Shown: positions 1-14,222, counted from the stretch's first letter. The stretch is 64,000 nucleotides of DNA from Felis catus (GCF_018350175.1 NC_058368.1:33916001-33980000); one strand, 5' to 3'. Program-made: numbers and translations. The notes: generated by a model from the sequence alone, not told the origin.

Positions 1-659
1 TTCTCACACTAGTGAGGGAGAGTTGTCTAAGTTTTAATAATATGACCCAAGATTATTGCTAAATCATCACATTGATACATTTTTGGGAGAAACATTCATA
101 CTTAGAAGAAAGTATGAAATTTTTCATGAAAAATATTCAACTATGATAATCACTGTGAGAGATTTTAAAAGACAAATATGATTTCTGCCCACAAAGAATT
201 TGTAGCTTAGAAAGTTAAAAGGCAGGAATAAACATGCTTTTTAAATAATTATGAAAATTCCAAGCTGATATCCAGCCCTATTTTATTCTAGTTCTTTTGG
301 ATTCCAGTTTTGTTCAATTTAGAAATGCTTATCACATGCACAGTGCTATATAGGATCCTTTATGAAAGAATTATTCACCCATGACAAATTTTTCATAAAA
401 TCAAGTATGTAAACTGAAATCTCTTTCTGCATTTTTGGTTTAAGTCTATTGCTCTGGCTGTCTTTTATAGCACCAGTATCATACTCTCCTAAATTATTAA
501 AATGTAGAATATATTTTATTAGTCTTAATTTTCTTTTACAATATTGTTTTATTTGGATTTCACATGAGTTTTTTTTTTATGTAAGACATTTCCATTAGTT
601 AAAAAATGGGATTTTATTGAAGTTGCACAAAAAATGGGGCACTCATTTAAAGATAATTT

Positions 660-2083
660 TGTTCTGGTTACCAATTAAAGTATAACAGACCACCCCAAAA
701 CTTAGTGACTTAGAAAGACAAACATTTTATCATATTCTATGATTTTTTGGGTCAAGAATGTAGACAAGGCTTGGCTAGGCAATTCTGCTTGACACAGGTT
801 TGACCAGAGTCACTTGGTAATATGGTAAAATCTTTGACTGCAAGTAACTTGTCTGTGAGTGTTTCACAAGAGGAGTAAATATTTCTAATAAATGTTAACT
901 TGATCAATGAGCAATTTCTTGCAATGCGAGTCATGCAACACCAAATGTGACATGTGACATGTGACATGTGTAATGTGACACCAAATGCCACATGATCACA
1001 ACTGAGCCAATGGTCCTCTCTCTGTCATGGCAGGATTGTAGATGATCTCCCATGCTCAGAAACTTGGTCTCAGGCTACAGTGTTTGGCAGAAATCCGTGA
1101 TTTTTCAGAAAGTTGGAAGGTGCCCACTACAGGCACCTAGCATATATTTTGTCATTTCAAAGCACCTACGGACAGTCTTTTGCTTTTCCGTAGAAGAGTA
1201 AGCTTAGGAATGAAGCTTTGCTTCATTCTAGGTCAGGCTGCCTGCAGATATAGACCCTTTCCTTATTGCCATTTACATTAAATACAGTATATGACAAGAG
1301 TTTATTAATACTCTAGTATAGTCAACATCTGTGAGACCGTATGCAATGGCCCTATGCAGAAAAAGATTCCATTGAACCAGTAGATAGTAGTAATTCCATT
1401 AGTGATCGTGAAAGTCGTCCTACACAATAACCTTCCTCTCTCTTGTCTCCCAGCCACAAACGTTTTCAAAGGTAGTGCAGGTTAATTTGCTTATTTTTTT
1501 ATATTTTGTATTTTCATTATTATTTTGTATTATATTACAGAATTGTAATCATTTTTATATGGATATTTTTGGGTTGTGGAACAAATCACCTGTGTTTCCA
1601 TTATTTCTTATGGGGAAGTTTGTTTTGATATACAAGTGCTTTGGATTACAAGCATGTTTCTGGAATGAATTATGCTCACAAGCCAAGGTTTTACTGTATT
1701 TGACTCTGATTGGGCTGCTCTGAAGGTTCCAAGATGGTTTTATTTACATACCTAATGCTTAACAATACACAAATTTAATAATTTATATAACCACAATTCG
1801 AACATGGATGGCTGCGAAGTTCCTTCTCCAGTTAGTCTCTGGGCCTCTCCATATCATTTCTTTGTGAGGGTTTTCAAACCTCATGAAAGCCGTATCAGGA
1901 GGCCAAGAGACTGAGGCTGAAACTTCCAGCTTCTTAAAGATCTGGACTGGCAAGGAGTCACTTTTGGCACACTCTGCTGGTCAAAGCAGTCACAGGCCAG
2001 CCAAGATGCAAGAGGAATAAAACTAGATCCCACTGCCTAGAAGAAAAGTGGCAAAGAAGTTGTGACTATCTTTAATCCACCAT
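660..2083 (-). mobile_element. MaLR LTR (MLT1 family), split by a Tigger-like insertion at 823-1696; MLT1-internal-like sequence follows to ~2380
   Basis: Typical MLT1 motifs: ataacagaccaccccaaaacttagtgactt, ccaagatggttttatttacat, cacttttggcacactctgctggtcaaagcagtcacaggccagcc, tttaatccaccata. Confidence 0.7.
823..1696. mobile_element. Non-autonomous TcMar-Tigger-like DNA transposon
   Basis: Degenerate terminal inverted repeats (tggtaaaatctttgactgcaagt ... gctcacaagccaaggttttactg) flanked by TA at 821-822 and 1697-1698. Confidence 0.7.
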
Positions 2084-4299
2084 AGCTGGCCCACTGCTCT
2101 AAATTATTTGCATTCTTCTGACATATCAAATACAATTATCCCCTCCTAAGACTTCCAAACTCCTATTCCGTTACAGACTCACATTGAAATAGTGAAAAAG
2201 GGAATTCTCCCTCACAAACATATGGTACCTAATACAGTATATAAGACAAGGCTGAAATTCAGCCAACACACATTTTTGGAGTAACAGTGGATCTCAGATT
2301 ATTAAAGCACTTCCCAAAATTAGCTGAACTACTGTTGCTATTCCTGTTTGGCAGACCTATTCCCAGGATCTAGATATGTAGTCTTGATTTTCACTATGCA
2401 CACTCCTAGTGCTGCTCCTGTGGTGTGGAGAAACTAGGTGTTCCTTGGCTCATATTAGGCTGCTAACTTGTAAATATGTAATGTGGTGTGGGTGTGTTTC
2501 TCCCTGCTTTTTCCTGTGGTGTGATCTGGTCCCACGCCAAGTCTTTTGACGGAATTTGGCCCTCCTTCTGCTGACACCTTGGCTATCACGTGAACAAAAC
2601 AGCTCCATGCCCCTCTATACTGTGAAATAATGAGAATTCAGAGGACAGCATGTTCTCTGCTACTTTTTGACATGTAAACTATCCCCCCCCCCCAAATCTT
2701 TATACCTGTACGCTGGCAGCAGTGGGGTGTCAGTGAACCACCCTCCTTTATGCAATGATGCCATTCAATGAAAAAATAGATTAGCACTGTTCAATCATGT
2801 TTGCATCCATTTAAAATAATTTGCCTTATTTGGAAATGGAAAATATAGCATGTTGTATGAAAAACTAGAATTTATAGATTTAAGCAGAAATAATGCATAT
2901 GCTCTACCAGTTGTATAAAGAGTCAGGCTTTGCAAAATTCACTGATTTTCATTAAAAATTTAAAGATCTAGTGATGCATGTTGTTTAACAAAAAAGACTA
3001 CATTAAGTCTTTTACAAAATATCTTTTCAACTAAGCTTATTTTGCCAGAGTCTTCAGAAAATCACCGTGAAGACTAAACAACAGCACTTTTGACACTATG
3101 CATTTGTGATCCTATCAGCTTAACTACCACTTAATTTTTAATATCTCCACTTCAGTGTATAAATCTGGAGTTTTCTAGTCAAAAATTCAAAACCTATGTC
3201 CCTAGAAAATGTGTGACATTTTTTAGCCACATGAAATAGCTTCTGACAGAGCCATTTACCATCCATTAATTACAACCCACACCGCCCATGTCGTTATGTG
3301 AATTGAGCCGAAAGACCTGACCACCTGCTCATCTGTACAGAGCAGATCACAGCCATGTCATTTACTGAGCACTTTATTAAATTATTCTTCCATTATTACA
3401 AACATAGGATTTTAGAAATGAGCCATCTTTGGGAAAACCCAATTAGAAAAATTTTTAATGCTTGCATCCTACTGGGATTTAGATTTCTGGATAATCAATC
3501 ATTTTAAATGTACATTTTTGATTAATTGTGAAAAAGGGGTCCTGTTCTATTACTCTGCCTAGCAAGTTATCGTCAAATATGCCTAACAAGTAATTGTCAA
3601 ATATGGGAAAAATCATTGATTTTTAAATTCTTATTTTAAAACTATCCTATTAACTGATCTATCATTATTCCTGAGGGCATTTGAATCAATGTATTGCCCT
3701 TTCTAGATAGGACGTAGTTTTGTGAAATAAGGAATAGGCTTTTCTCCCACAAAAGCCCTATTATTTTATTTCTTATCTTATTACAGTGGATGAAAATTCA
3801 ATATTCTTGCAAAAGCAGAAAAAATTCTTAAAATTAAATGGGAATGACAATCGATATCCTCATGACATATGAAAACATATTCTTCTGTTCATATTTTATT
3901 AACAACTTTTTCAATGTTATATATTTAATTTTTATCAAATTTTATTAACTATATAAATATATTTTTCCCTTTACCTATGGTGAAATGAATTGTGTTTATA
4001 CATTGAAACATCAACTGATCACATTATCCTTTCTGAGAATTCACATAAAAAATCCTATTTGATTATATGCTGCTGGATTTGTTTTGCTAGTTTTGTTTTA
4101 TACATATGTTTTATACATATGTTTTATATATAATATACACAGTATATATAATTAAGATGTTCCCTTTAATGTTCAAACATGAGATTTGTGTTTAGTAGTT
4201 TTTTTGTGCTATTTTTGTGAAGTTTTCATAGCAAATGTTTCTTACCTTGGTAAAGTGACTTAGAGATATTGTATTCTAGTCTATGCGCTGGAACACCTT

Positions 4300-4302
<3 letters not shown>

Positions 4303-4345
<43 letters not shown>
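4303..4345. repeat. (AT)n microsatellite; similar tracts at ~6607-6641 and ~42095-42136
   Basis: Direct reading. Confidence 0.95.
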
Positions 4346-4349
<4 letters not shown>

Positions 4350-4381
4350 AAGAATTTTTAATGTTATTTGTTTATTTATTT

Positions 4382-4422
<41 letters not shown>

Positions 4423-4578
4423 AGGGAGGTGCACAGAGAGAGGGAGAGAGAGAATCCCAAGCAGGCTCCACACTGTCAGTGCAGACCCAGACAGCAAGCT
4501 CGAACTCACAAACCATGAGATCATGACTTGAGCCTAAAGCAAGAGTCTGACACTTAACTGACTGAGCCACTCAGCCCT
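4345..4578 (-). mobile_element. CAN-SINE
   Basis: Antisense T-rich tail, (GA)n tract, gaatcccaagcaggctccacactgtcagtgcaga ... cttaactgactgagccac. Confidence 0.92.
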
Positions 4579-5049
4579 GTGATATATATTTTTTTAAAAA
4601 GCCACTCTTGGCAAAAGTTAATGAATTTCTAATAATTATTAGAAAAAAATTATTTTATTATATCCAGAGCTATAGGTCTAATTTCATTCTCCACTTCTTC
4701 TGTAAGACCTACTGATCATTTATATTTACTAAAAATCTTTCATTTATTCTGATTTTTCAAATGCTTTCTGAAAGTATATGTGCTAAATAGTTCAATTATA
4801 ATTCTATAAAATTTTTATTTTAAATTTGTACATTTGTTTTATTTCTTTTCCTCAAATTAACTAGGAATGTATGTTTTAATAATGATAAAATAAATTGTTT
4901 TTAATTCTGCTACCTAATTTACTAATCTTTAATTTTACCCCTATTATTTTCTCTTTCCTATTTTTGTTTGACGTTTATTTTATACCATAATCTCACCTCT
5001 GTGAATGCTTAATTTAGACCCCTCTCTTCATTAGTTGAATCTTTGAGTA

Positions 5050-5535
5050 CAGATGGTCTCCAACTTACGGTGACTCAAACTCAAGATTTTTTTTATTTTT
5101 ATAATAGTGCAAAAGCAAAGCAGTTTGGTGGAAACCATCCTTTAAATTTTGAATTTTAATCTTTTCCTAGGCTGGCGATATGTGATATGATATTCTCTCA
5201 TGATGCTGGACAGTGGCATTCAGCCAAAGCTACCAGTCAGCCACACAATCATGAGGGGAAACAGCTAATACACTTACAGGTATTCTGTATTCATGCAATC
5301 ATTCTGTTCTTCACTTTTGTACAGTATTCAAAAAATCGCATAAGATATTCAGCACTTTATTATAAAAATAGGCCTTGTGTGAGATGACTTTGCCCTACTG
5401 TAGACTAATAGAAGTGTTTTGAGCACATTTAAGGTAGGCTAGGCTAAGCCATGATGATTGGTAGGTGTATTAAATGCATTTGCAACTTACAGTATTTACT
5501 GGGATGTAGCCCCATCATAAATTGAGGAAGATCTA
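5050..5535 (-). mobile_element. Tigger5/MER47-like DNA transposon
   Basis: Termini cagatggtctccaacttacg and ccccatcataaattgaggaagatcta; internal gagcacatttaaggtaggctaggctaagc and gtaggtgtattaaatgcattt motifs. Confidence 0.7.
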
Positions 5536-6323
5536 TGTTTTGTTATATAGGTAAGTACACTTGTTGGATCCATTTACCTTTTTAAATCTTTTTACTACCT
5601 TACTAGTACCACAATCCCTACAAGAAAAGTAAGTTGCCCAGTATTTATTTGTTCAGTTATACATTTTCACTTCTTTAGATTTGTCTATTTTTCTCTAACA
5701 ATATATGGGAAAATATTTTAGTTCAATATATTTCTACCTAATGATTGATTCTCAGTTAACTTCCTTTAACACAGAGTAAGTCTTGATTTATAGAAGCATT
5801 TTAATGCAGAAAATTCTCATTTTTTCACAGAATCTTTAAATGTTGTTTCTACTCAGCTTTCTCTTTCTCTTCTCTTCTCCAGGAAAATTTATAATCTCTC
5901 ATATTTTTCCTACCCAATCATGTAGATTCAGTTATTTGCATCATTCACGATGACTTTTACTCTGATACAATATTTTGTCTCTGTCATTAGTGATCTGTTT
6001 TCTTTTGCTTTTCTTCTCAGGGGGACAATTACTAATTCAACTTATTGTTTTACTAATTTTTCCGTTACATCTTTTGTCTTCTCCTTTTCCTTGCCCAAAC
6101 ACATTTTCTTGAATTTCATTAGTAACCAAAAGCAGACTTCTAACAGACGTGTCTCTTCTTTGTGATCTTTCTCCCCGCAAAGCATCTCCTTATTTTTGGA
6201 TGCTAGTATAATTTATATTTTATGTTATTTAGTTTTTATACTGGTATTGGAGAGAATAAATATATGTCTATTCATCCTTGAGTGAAGCTTAAAGAACAAT
6301 TTTGAAAACCAGCAGCAGCATAA

Positions 6324-6602
6324 TGTTTTAGTCTGCTCAGGCTTTCATGACAAAAAAAAACATAGAGTAGATGGTTTGAACAACAGAAAATTTATTTCTC
6401 AAAGTTCTGGAAGCTAGAAGTCTGAGATAAGGGAGCCAGCATTGTTTGGGTTCTGGTGAGGATTCTCTGCTTGGTTTGCAAATGATTGCCTTCTCTCTGT
6501 GTCCTCACAAGGCAGGAAGAACAAGCTCTGTTTTTTTCCTCTTATTATAAGGATATTAATCCCATTATGGGTGTTCCATCCTCTTTACCTCATCAAAATA
6601 TA

Positions 6603-6647
<45 letters not shown>

Positions 6648-6812
6648 CACCACATGTATTTTGGGGATACACCAACATTCAGTCTACAACATTCTACCCC
6701 TAGTCCCCCAAAATCCATGTCCTTCTCACAGATAAAATCTATTCATTTATCCCAACAGCACCAAAAGTCTTAACTCATTCTAGCATCAACTGTAACATTT
6801 AAAGTCCAAAGT
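6324..6812 (-). mobile_element. MaLR LTR (MLT1A-like, 6324-6691) plus start of internal sequence
   Basis: aacaacagaaaatttatttctcaaagttctggaagctagaagtctgagat ... ggttctggtgagg ... ttggggatacaccaacattcagtctacaaca; then aaagtcttaactcattctagcatcaact. Confidence 0.8.
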
Positions 6813-6819
6813 CGAAACA

Positions 6820-7522
6820 CAAGTGTGATGCCAGCAAAGTGGTGGCATAGGAATATCTACTACTTATCTTCCCATCCCTTAGAAACATAAATTTGAACCA
6901 CTATATGCACATAAATACACCTTCACAAGAGCAAAAATTACAGGTGAGAGATTACAGCACCTGGGTAAAGCACAGAAATAAGAAAGAATGCATTCAGGAA
7001 GGTAGAAAAGATAAATGCACACCATCTCCATTATCTTTCCCTCATACTGGAGCAGCCCAGGGTGGAAAGGGTCACCTTCCACGTGGGAGGAGAATAAAGT
7101 GAACTTGACTTCACTACAGATCTGAGAGCCAGTTCACCCCAGCACCAGGCCACCTCAGAGTTGGCCCACCTTGGTACCAGGCCAACCCCTGTGGGCCTAG
7201 GTGACTCCCTACAGGATTCTTCCAGCCTATGTCCAACTCACCTTGACAGTCTGCAGACTCCTGTGGTTCCAGGTGGATCCTGTGGCACTGGGCTTCCCAC
7301 AGACTCCAGGGAACCCAGTCTTCTATCTTACCTGTACTTGCAGACTCAGATGACCACAGGCAGCTCCTAGGACACCAGGCTGCCAGCAGGCTCACATGAA
7401 CACAACCAGACCACACCTATCTACCAACCTGCCCTTCTCTCCCCAGTGCCTGCCAGCTCCAGAAGCCCCAGATGGCACCCTCAGCACCAGGTTCCCCTGG
7501 TGGGCTCCTACAGACCCAGGTT
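6820..7522 (+). mobile_element. Probable old LINE-1 5' UTR fragment
   Basis: GC-rich, CpG-decayed island with recurring cagactcc/ccagg subunits, preceded by aagtggtggcatagga-type 5' motif and cacataaatacaccttcacaagagc. Confidence 0.45.
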
Positions 7523-8368
7523 TGAAAATTTTGCATACCTCAAAGAATAACATAAAATTGAGATTTAACTGAGTCATGGTATGGAAGCCACATAGCAAGT
7601 GCTGAATACATGTTACTAATTATTATTATCTCAGCATGTCAGGAAGGAAGTAGTGTTCTGAAGGGCAGCGTTAATATTAGTAGAATTACTCTGAAGTGAG
7701 TTGTCATCAAAATGGAATTGAATAGTTTGCTTGTTGGTGACCCAATTCTAGTAATTAACACTAAGTGGCATTTCGAAAAAGATCAGTGGTAGATTTATAT
7801 GATACAGCCATAAGGAAGATTTGAAACTCCTAGTGCTTTGTAGTATAAAAACTCAATAGCTCATTAAAGTACATTAGCAAATCCACATGTTGGTAAGGAG
7901 ACTATCTGTGATCTGAGTGTTTATTACTCTATCAATGTTTACAACTCTATTTAGTGCATCTCTCTAGGCTATCATTTTATCTTTAAATCTCCCATACTGG
8001 GTACCATGTTGGCAAATAGTATACACTCAATAACTAGATGTAGAAAAAATATATATATTTTAATAAAACAATGACCTGCTTATGATAAAATTCAGTTTAT
8101 TGAGAACAGAACAATACTTATACTGAGAAATTTGTGTTTTTAAAATTATTTCATTCACATTAATTAAAATAGAGATAAATTTCTCAAACTGCCTTTACAG
8201 TCATTGTTTTCTTAGCTCAACCCTTTTTTTAAGTGTTCTTATGAATTTTATGAAGAATAGTGAGATGAGAACAAAATCATGAAAAGAGGACCTTCTAATT
8301 TAAATGTCACCAAAGTTTTTCACCAATTTTTTTAATCATTATTATTATTACCTTAAAATTATCCATTA

Positions 8369-8528
8369 GGGCACCTGGCTGGCTCAGTTGGTTAAGCATC
8401 CAACTTCAGCTCAGGTCATGATCTCATGGTTCATGAGTTCAAGCCCCACATAAGGCTCTGTGCTGACAGCTCAGAGCCTGGAGCCTGCTTCAGATTCTGT
8501 GTCTCCCTCTCTCTCTGCCCCTCCCCCA

Positions 8529-8577
<49 letters not shown>

Positions 8578-8597
8578 AGAAATAAATAAACATTAAA
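8369..8597 (+). mobile_element. CAN-SINE
   Basis: gggcacctggctggctcagttggttaagcatcc head, (CT)n, aataaataaacattaaaa tail. Confidence 0.95.
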
Positions 8598-9189
8598 ATT
8601 ATGTATCAAAGGAAATGTGGAAATGTGTTTAATCATGAGAATTAGGGGGCAGGATAAATCTTGCATTCCAGCATGATAAAGTAATATGTTTATTAATCAA
8701 TAAAATACCTTAATTGTGAAAAATTAGCTTCAAGAATATTCATATGCTTGTGAAAATGGGAAATTAAATATTAAAAGTTAATGAATATAACCATTAAAAG
8801 AACACACAAGAAACCACATATTATAATATAACCTCTCTTTTGTTTTTACTTTTTAAGCTCTTGTGTTGTTTTTTTTGAATTGTAAAGTAACCACATTAAG
8901 AAGACAGAGATATTGGTGCACATTCTATTATATTAAATAGCTAGAACATATAAGAATATCCATATATATATTGACATTCAAGTATATATCAGTTAAATTA
9001 AATACTTTATCATGAAAACATTCATTTTACCATAGAACAATTAAATTTTCACATTTAATTGAATAAGTGGTCATAAAAAAGTTCTAGATAATTGAAGGTT
9101 AGGGATTGATTTATATAACTGAACAGGGAGTTAAGCAGTTGAAACAATTTGTTGCAAGTAAAAATTCAGAATACAAAAACAATACTATT

Positions 9190-9428
9190 GGGACTCTTGG
9201 GTGGCTCAGTTGGTTAAACATCCAACTCTTGATTTTGGCTCACATCATGATCTTGTGCTTAGTGGGTTCCAGCCCAGTGTCAAGCCCCATGTTAGGAGTG
9301 GAGCCTTCTTGGGATTCTTTCTATGCCCCTCCCCACCTTTCACTCATCTCTCTTGCTCCAAACAAACAAATAAGTAAATAAATAATCAAGCGCAAAGTAA
9401 AACAAAACAAAACAAAACAAAAAATAAT
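9190..9428 (+). mobile_element. CAN-SINE (older)
   Basis: gggactcttgggtggctcagttggttaaacatcc head, A-rich tail, TSD-like aatactatt on both sides. Confidence 0.88.
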
Positions 9429-10132
9429 AATACTATTTAAGGGTAAGATCTATGTGTTCCCAAAAACGTCCTCAATCTTCATTAGATCCACAGCACTTAA
9501 TATGATGCCTGACATATGATGAACATTTGATACATATATGTTGAATGAGTTTATTAACACACTGTTGAGCAAATAAACATATTTGTTTATGAAAATATAC
9601 ATATATAGGTATATATGTATTATAGGTCAGTATTATTATAGGCCAGTATTATTTTAAAATGTTTAGTTAATTAACCTGAAGCTTATTTTGTGCTCCACAG
9701 GCCAGGGCCCAGCAAGAAGTGGTAAGGTAAATTAGACTTTCTATCTATTTACCAGGAGGTCATAGTATGGAGGAAGATAAAATTTTGGAATAATGAAGTA
9801 TTATGCTAAGTTTTAAAATGATATTCCTGAAGTGAAAAAAAAGCACAGAACAAGACCTGGAAGTCTTAGAAAAGACTTCTTAGAGGCCAATGATACATGA
9901 ATAGACGTCAAAGGAGTGAGGAAGTGGGTGAAGGATATTTTGGACAAAAAAAAAAATACAATAAAAGAAACTATTATGCTGGTATGAAGGAATACAGTGT
10001 GTTCAGGAGGAAAAAACTGTAAAATGGTTTTTATGAAAGGGATTATTAGGAATGTGGACAAGTGATGGTTTGGATTGATCATCTGGAGCCAGACTACAAA
10101 ATACTTTTTGAATTTTTGTCTCTAGGTAGCAA

Positions 10133-10331
10133 ACTAGCTCAACAAACTTTTTTTGTAAAGGGCTGGATAATAAATCTTTTAGGCTTTGTGGGACATTTAT
10201 TGACAACTACTCAAATTTACTGCTGTAGTGTGAAACAGCCATATGCAATATGTAAATGAATGGATGTGGTTCTGTCATAATAAAACTTTATTTACAAAAA
10301 CAAGAAATGATCTGTAGTTTCCCAAGACCTG
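10133..10331 (+). mobile_element. MER58A-like hAT-Charlie DNA transposon
   Basis: caaactttttttgtaaagggctggataataaatcttttaggctttgtggg ... acaactactcaa ... aataaaactttatttacaaaaaca ... tgtagtttcccaagacctg. Confidence 0.8.
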
Positions 10332-10453
10332 GGGAAAAAAAAAGTATCATCAAATTTTATTAAGGAAGTATTATAGGGAAAACAATTTGAAACATTCATT
10401 TGATCTTTCCCTTTACCTCTGTTTTGTGCTGATCTCAGCCTATTAATAACCAA

Positions 10454-11127
10454 TGTTGTGTCTGGACCAGCTCTTGTGGTTCTTATGATTACAAGATGTC
10501 TACAGCAAAAACTATGAGTAAACTTTGAAAAAAAAAAGCCCACAAGATATTATTATTTACAAGTTCTGGAGGATACATGATGGACCACAGAGTGAGTTCC
10601 CAAGTAGAGAGAGAGAGAGAAGGAGCACAAACCTGGGGTTCTGCTTTAATTGGGGTATAAGACAGGAGCCTAGGTTTTCTCGGGTTCACCATTTATTGGT
10701 AAACTGAAAACTCCAAAGTGGGAATTTAAGCACTGGCAGAGAAAAACAAGGGGACTAAATGGTCAGTTATTGAAATCAACCAAGTTCCAGAAAACAAAAA
10801 AGGCTGACAGAGGGGAGGGGAGGGGGGCAGGGGAGCTGATGTTTATCTAGTCCTGTGGCTGGCAATGTGTTATTCCATACAGCTGTCTTTGAAGTGGATA
10901 CCTCTTTGAAACGAATGCCTATAAAATCAAAGCTTATGTCAGGCACTTGCATTACAAAAAAGAAGGACCAACAGTATCTTCATAAACTGTGAGGGAAGAG
11001 AGACAAGAGTTACTAGACCCACGGTAGCAGAGGCCACTTGGCCAAATAAACCATACCTGCCTCCATGGTCTGAAATACCTATTGGTACAGAATAAGAGGA
11101 AAGGGGAAAGAATTTGGGTGACCACAA
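10454..11127. mobile_element. Probable ERV LTR remnant
   Basis: TG...CA-bounded, GC-richer segment of ~670 bp with LTR-like composition; family not recognised. Confidence 0.35.
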
Positions 11128-11794
11128 TTTTAGAGACTGATAATTTTTCCCTAAGAAGAATGAACATATAAGATAGACTACTTAAATTATTACAAAACTA
11201 AATTTTCAATACCAAACTAAAAACTGGGTTTTTTTTTCCTTATCATATTAGGTAGAAGGGCTTACATGACTGAATCAGTTAAAGTACAAAAGCTCAAGTT
11301 TTCCTTGCACGTGTCAGTATTTTCAGTATAGTGTGGTTGATTATGCATTTCTGACTTTTAGGAAACTAAACCTAAATGAAACAAAAACAAAAGCAGGAGG
11401 AAAAAAGAATAGAAGGGAAAATCTCCAAGGCAGGTAGAACAATTAGGAAATTTGGTACATTATGATGAGAATCTGAACTAAAAAAAAAATCTAGTAAAAA
11501 TAATGAAAATAGATGGATTGAAATGGATTCTAATATTTTAATTTTTTAATGATATGGTTTTGTGATTTAAAAAAGACCATAAAAATAACTGACTGCGTGA
11601 TTAATGAATATTGTTATCAAACCTCATGTTAATTCTTTAAAAACAAATGCATCATGTGATTTTCTTCCGAGTTTATGTTTCTTAGTTTTTTTCTTCACTA
11701 CATGTTCTAAAATCTAAATTGAAGTCAATGTCTACACAAGGCCTTAATGACAAACTTAAGCTATATCTCAAAATCTATTTAAAAATAGATTTCT

Positions 11795-11996
11795 TTTTTT
11801 TAACATTTATTTTTGAGACAGAGAGAGAGCATGAACAGGGGAGTGTCAGAGAAAGAGGGAGACACAGAATCTGAAACAGGCTCCAGGCTCCGAGCTGTCA
11901 GCACAAAGCCCGACGCGGGGCTCGAACCCACGGACCACGAGATCATGACCTGAGCCAAAGTCCAACGCTTAACCAACTGAGCCACCCAGGCAGCCC
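11795..11996 (-). mobile_element. CAN-SINE (felid SINEC_Fc-type)
   Basis: Perfect 15-bp TSD taaaaatagatttct (11780-11794 and 11997-12011). Confidence 0.96.
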
Positions 11997-12207
11997 TAAA
12001 AATAGATTTCTAACTAATAAAATAATAGGACATATTAATGCATTGATTATAGGAAAAGTGGAAGTTTAGGGAAAGGAAGCAGCTGAAGTTGACTCTAATA
12101 TTTCTTCTAAAATTAAGTAAATGATGACATCATTAACCAAGACAATACAGGTGGAGTAAGACTTAGAAGTACAAGCTAATCGATTTAGATTGAGTCATAT
12201 CAATTTC

Positions 12208-12429
12208 TTTTCTTTTTTTTTTTTTCCAACGTTTATTTATTTTTGGGACAGAGAGAGACAGAGCATGAACGGGGGAGGGGCAGAGAGAGAGGGAGACACA
12301 GAATCGGAAACAGGCTCCAGGCTCTGAGCCATCAGCCCAGAGCCCGACGCGGGGCTCGAACTCATGGACCGCAAGATCGTGACCTGGCTGAAGTCGGACG
12401 CTTAACCGACTGTGCCACCCAGGCGCCCC
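12208..12429 (-). mobile_element. Young felid SINEC_Fc
   Basis: CpG-rich, full length; 16-bp TSD gagtcat(a/g)tcaatttc. Confidence 0.97.
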
Positions 12430-13006
12430 GAGTCATGTCAATTTCAAGTCATCTATGAGATACACTGAAAGTAATGGATCTCGGAACAGAGGAAGAACAT
12501 AGATATTACAATCATCCATAGACTGGAAATTATAAGACTGGATGATTCTAAAGATGATTCCACTCAAGGACAGTATCTGGAACAAGAGATTGGCCAATGT
12601 CTAATAGACAGCACCAAGGTTTATTGTGTGGAAGGAGAGAGATGTGTTAAGAATTCTGAGATGTTGTTATAGTCATGATAAAAGAACACAGAAAAGTAAA
12701 CTCCTGAGATCCAAGGGAGAGGGGAGTTTCACAAATACAGAGGGTATACCCAGTAGCAATGTCAAAAGCTAACAGTAGGTCACATTAAACGAAAACTTAA
12801 GCCTTTGCATAGGAGACTTCAGCAGAGAAAGAATTTTGGACTGGAAGTCCAAAGCTGTGATGGAAATGTGAATTGATTTGAGGAAATGGAAACTTTTTAT
12901 TCTTGTTTTTGCTATTTTCAAAGAAGCTGGAAGTGACAAGAAACCAAAAGAGAAAATAATAGATAAGGAGGGAGGCTGATGCAAGAGGAATGTAAAGAAT
13001 GTATCA

Positions 13007-13143
13007 GGGGCATCTGGGTGGCTCAGTTGATTAAGCATCAGACTTCAGCTCAGGCCATGATCTCTCCATCCGTGAGTTCAAGTCTGGCATTGGGCTCTGT
13101 GCTGACAGCTCAGAGCCTGGAGCCTGCTTCCTACTCTGTGTCT

Positions 13144-13198
<55 letters not shown>

Positions 13199-13243
13199 AA
13201 AAATAAATAAACATTAAAAAAGTTTAAAAAAGAAAAAAAAGAA
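13007..13243 (+). mobile_element. CAN-SINE
   Basis: ggggcatctgggtggctcagttgattaagc head, long (CT)n, A tail. Confidence 0.94.
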
Positions 13244-14092
13244 AGTTTCAGAAACAGATAGATTTGATCCCAGGGCACCAATGAAAGTTAAAGCTCTGAG
13301 CGCTGTATTTACTCTGTTTATTTGCTCTGGGCCAAGGTGAGTAAGGAAAATGTGCAGAGTAAAAGTTTGGAATAGTTGCTATAGGAAATACGAAAAAGGC
13401 TATGGATAAGTATGCATGTTGGCAGGATGGCATTGGTATTGTAGGTGATATTTCAAAACCATCAAGTTATAATTATGCCATTCAGAGTTATTAGTTAATT
13501 ATCCCCTCAGCAGGCTAAAAACAGGAAAATTCCATTTTAAGAAACCAAAGTGAGAAAAAAATTCTACGAAATTTTTCTTGAGCTAATCTCATTTACTTGT
13601 AAAAAGAATAGTTCACTGAAATGTTTATCAGCACTTAGAAAAGAAAAAAAAAATTAAGGATCTGGAGTAAAGAATAAGAATTATATCAAGGATTTGATAA
13701 GCTTCAGTAAAATTAGTATAAAACCAGCACTATTATTTAGCAAAATTTATATTAGTTCAAAGCTTCTTAGAATTAAAAACCATTTTTAATCAAGTGTGTC
13801 TTATAAAACTGGAAGGGGTGTATTTACCACCTGCAGAGGTAGTTCTGTTAAAATAGCACTCTTGATAAAGAATAGGAGACTTTAATTAAGGAATACTTGA
13901 AACCAAATTTGAATGATATCCAACAATGGCTACAGTATTATTCTTTATTTTTATTTGTATTATGAAATATTGGCACGGTATACTTTTTAAAGTTGAATTT
14001 GGTATGAGAAGATTTGGGCTCAAATTATGGTTCAACTCCAACTATAATTTTTTTTATTCACACCTCCTTCAACAGTTAAAATCAATTGTTTA

Positions 14093-14222
14093 GGTACACC
14101 TGGGTGGCTCAGTCGGGTTAAGTGTCCAACCCTTAGCTTCTGCTCAGGTCATGATCACACAGTTTCCAGGGATCGAGCCCTGCATCGAGCTCTGTGCTCG
14201 CAACACAGAGCCTGCTTGGGAT

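Noticed and set aside
1158..1178. REST/NRSE-like motif (agcacctacggacagtc)
   Set aside because: Half-site spacing and 5' bases deviate from the RE1 consensus, and it lies inside a DNA transposon.
10812..10833. G-quadruplex motif ggggaggggaggggggcagggg
   Set aside because: A real pattern, but inside a probable LTR remnant far from the gene, with nothing to suggest function.
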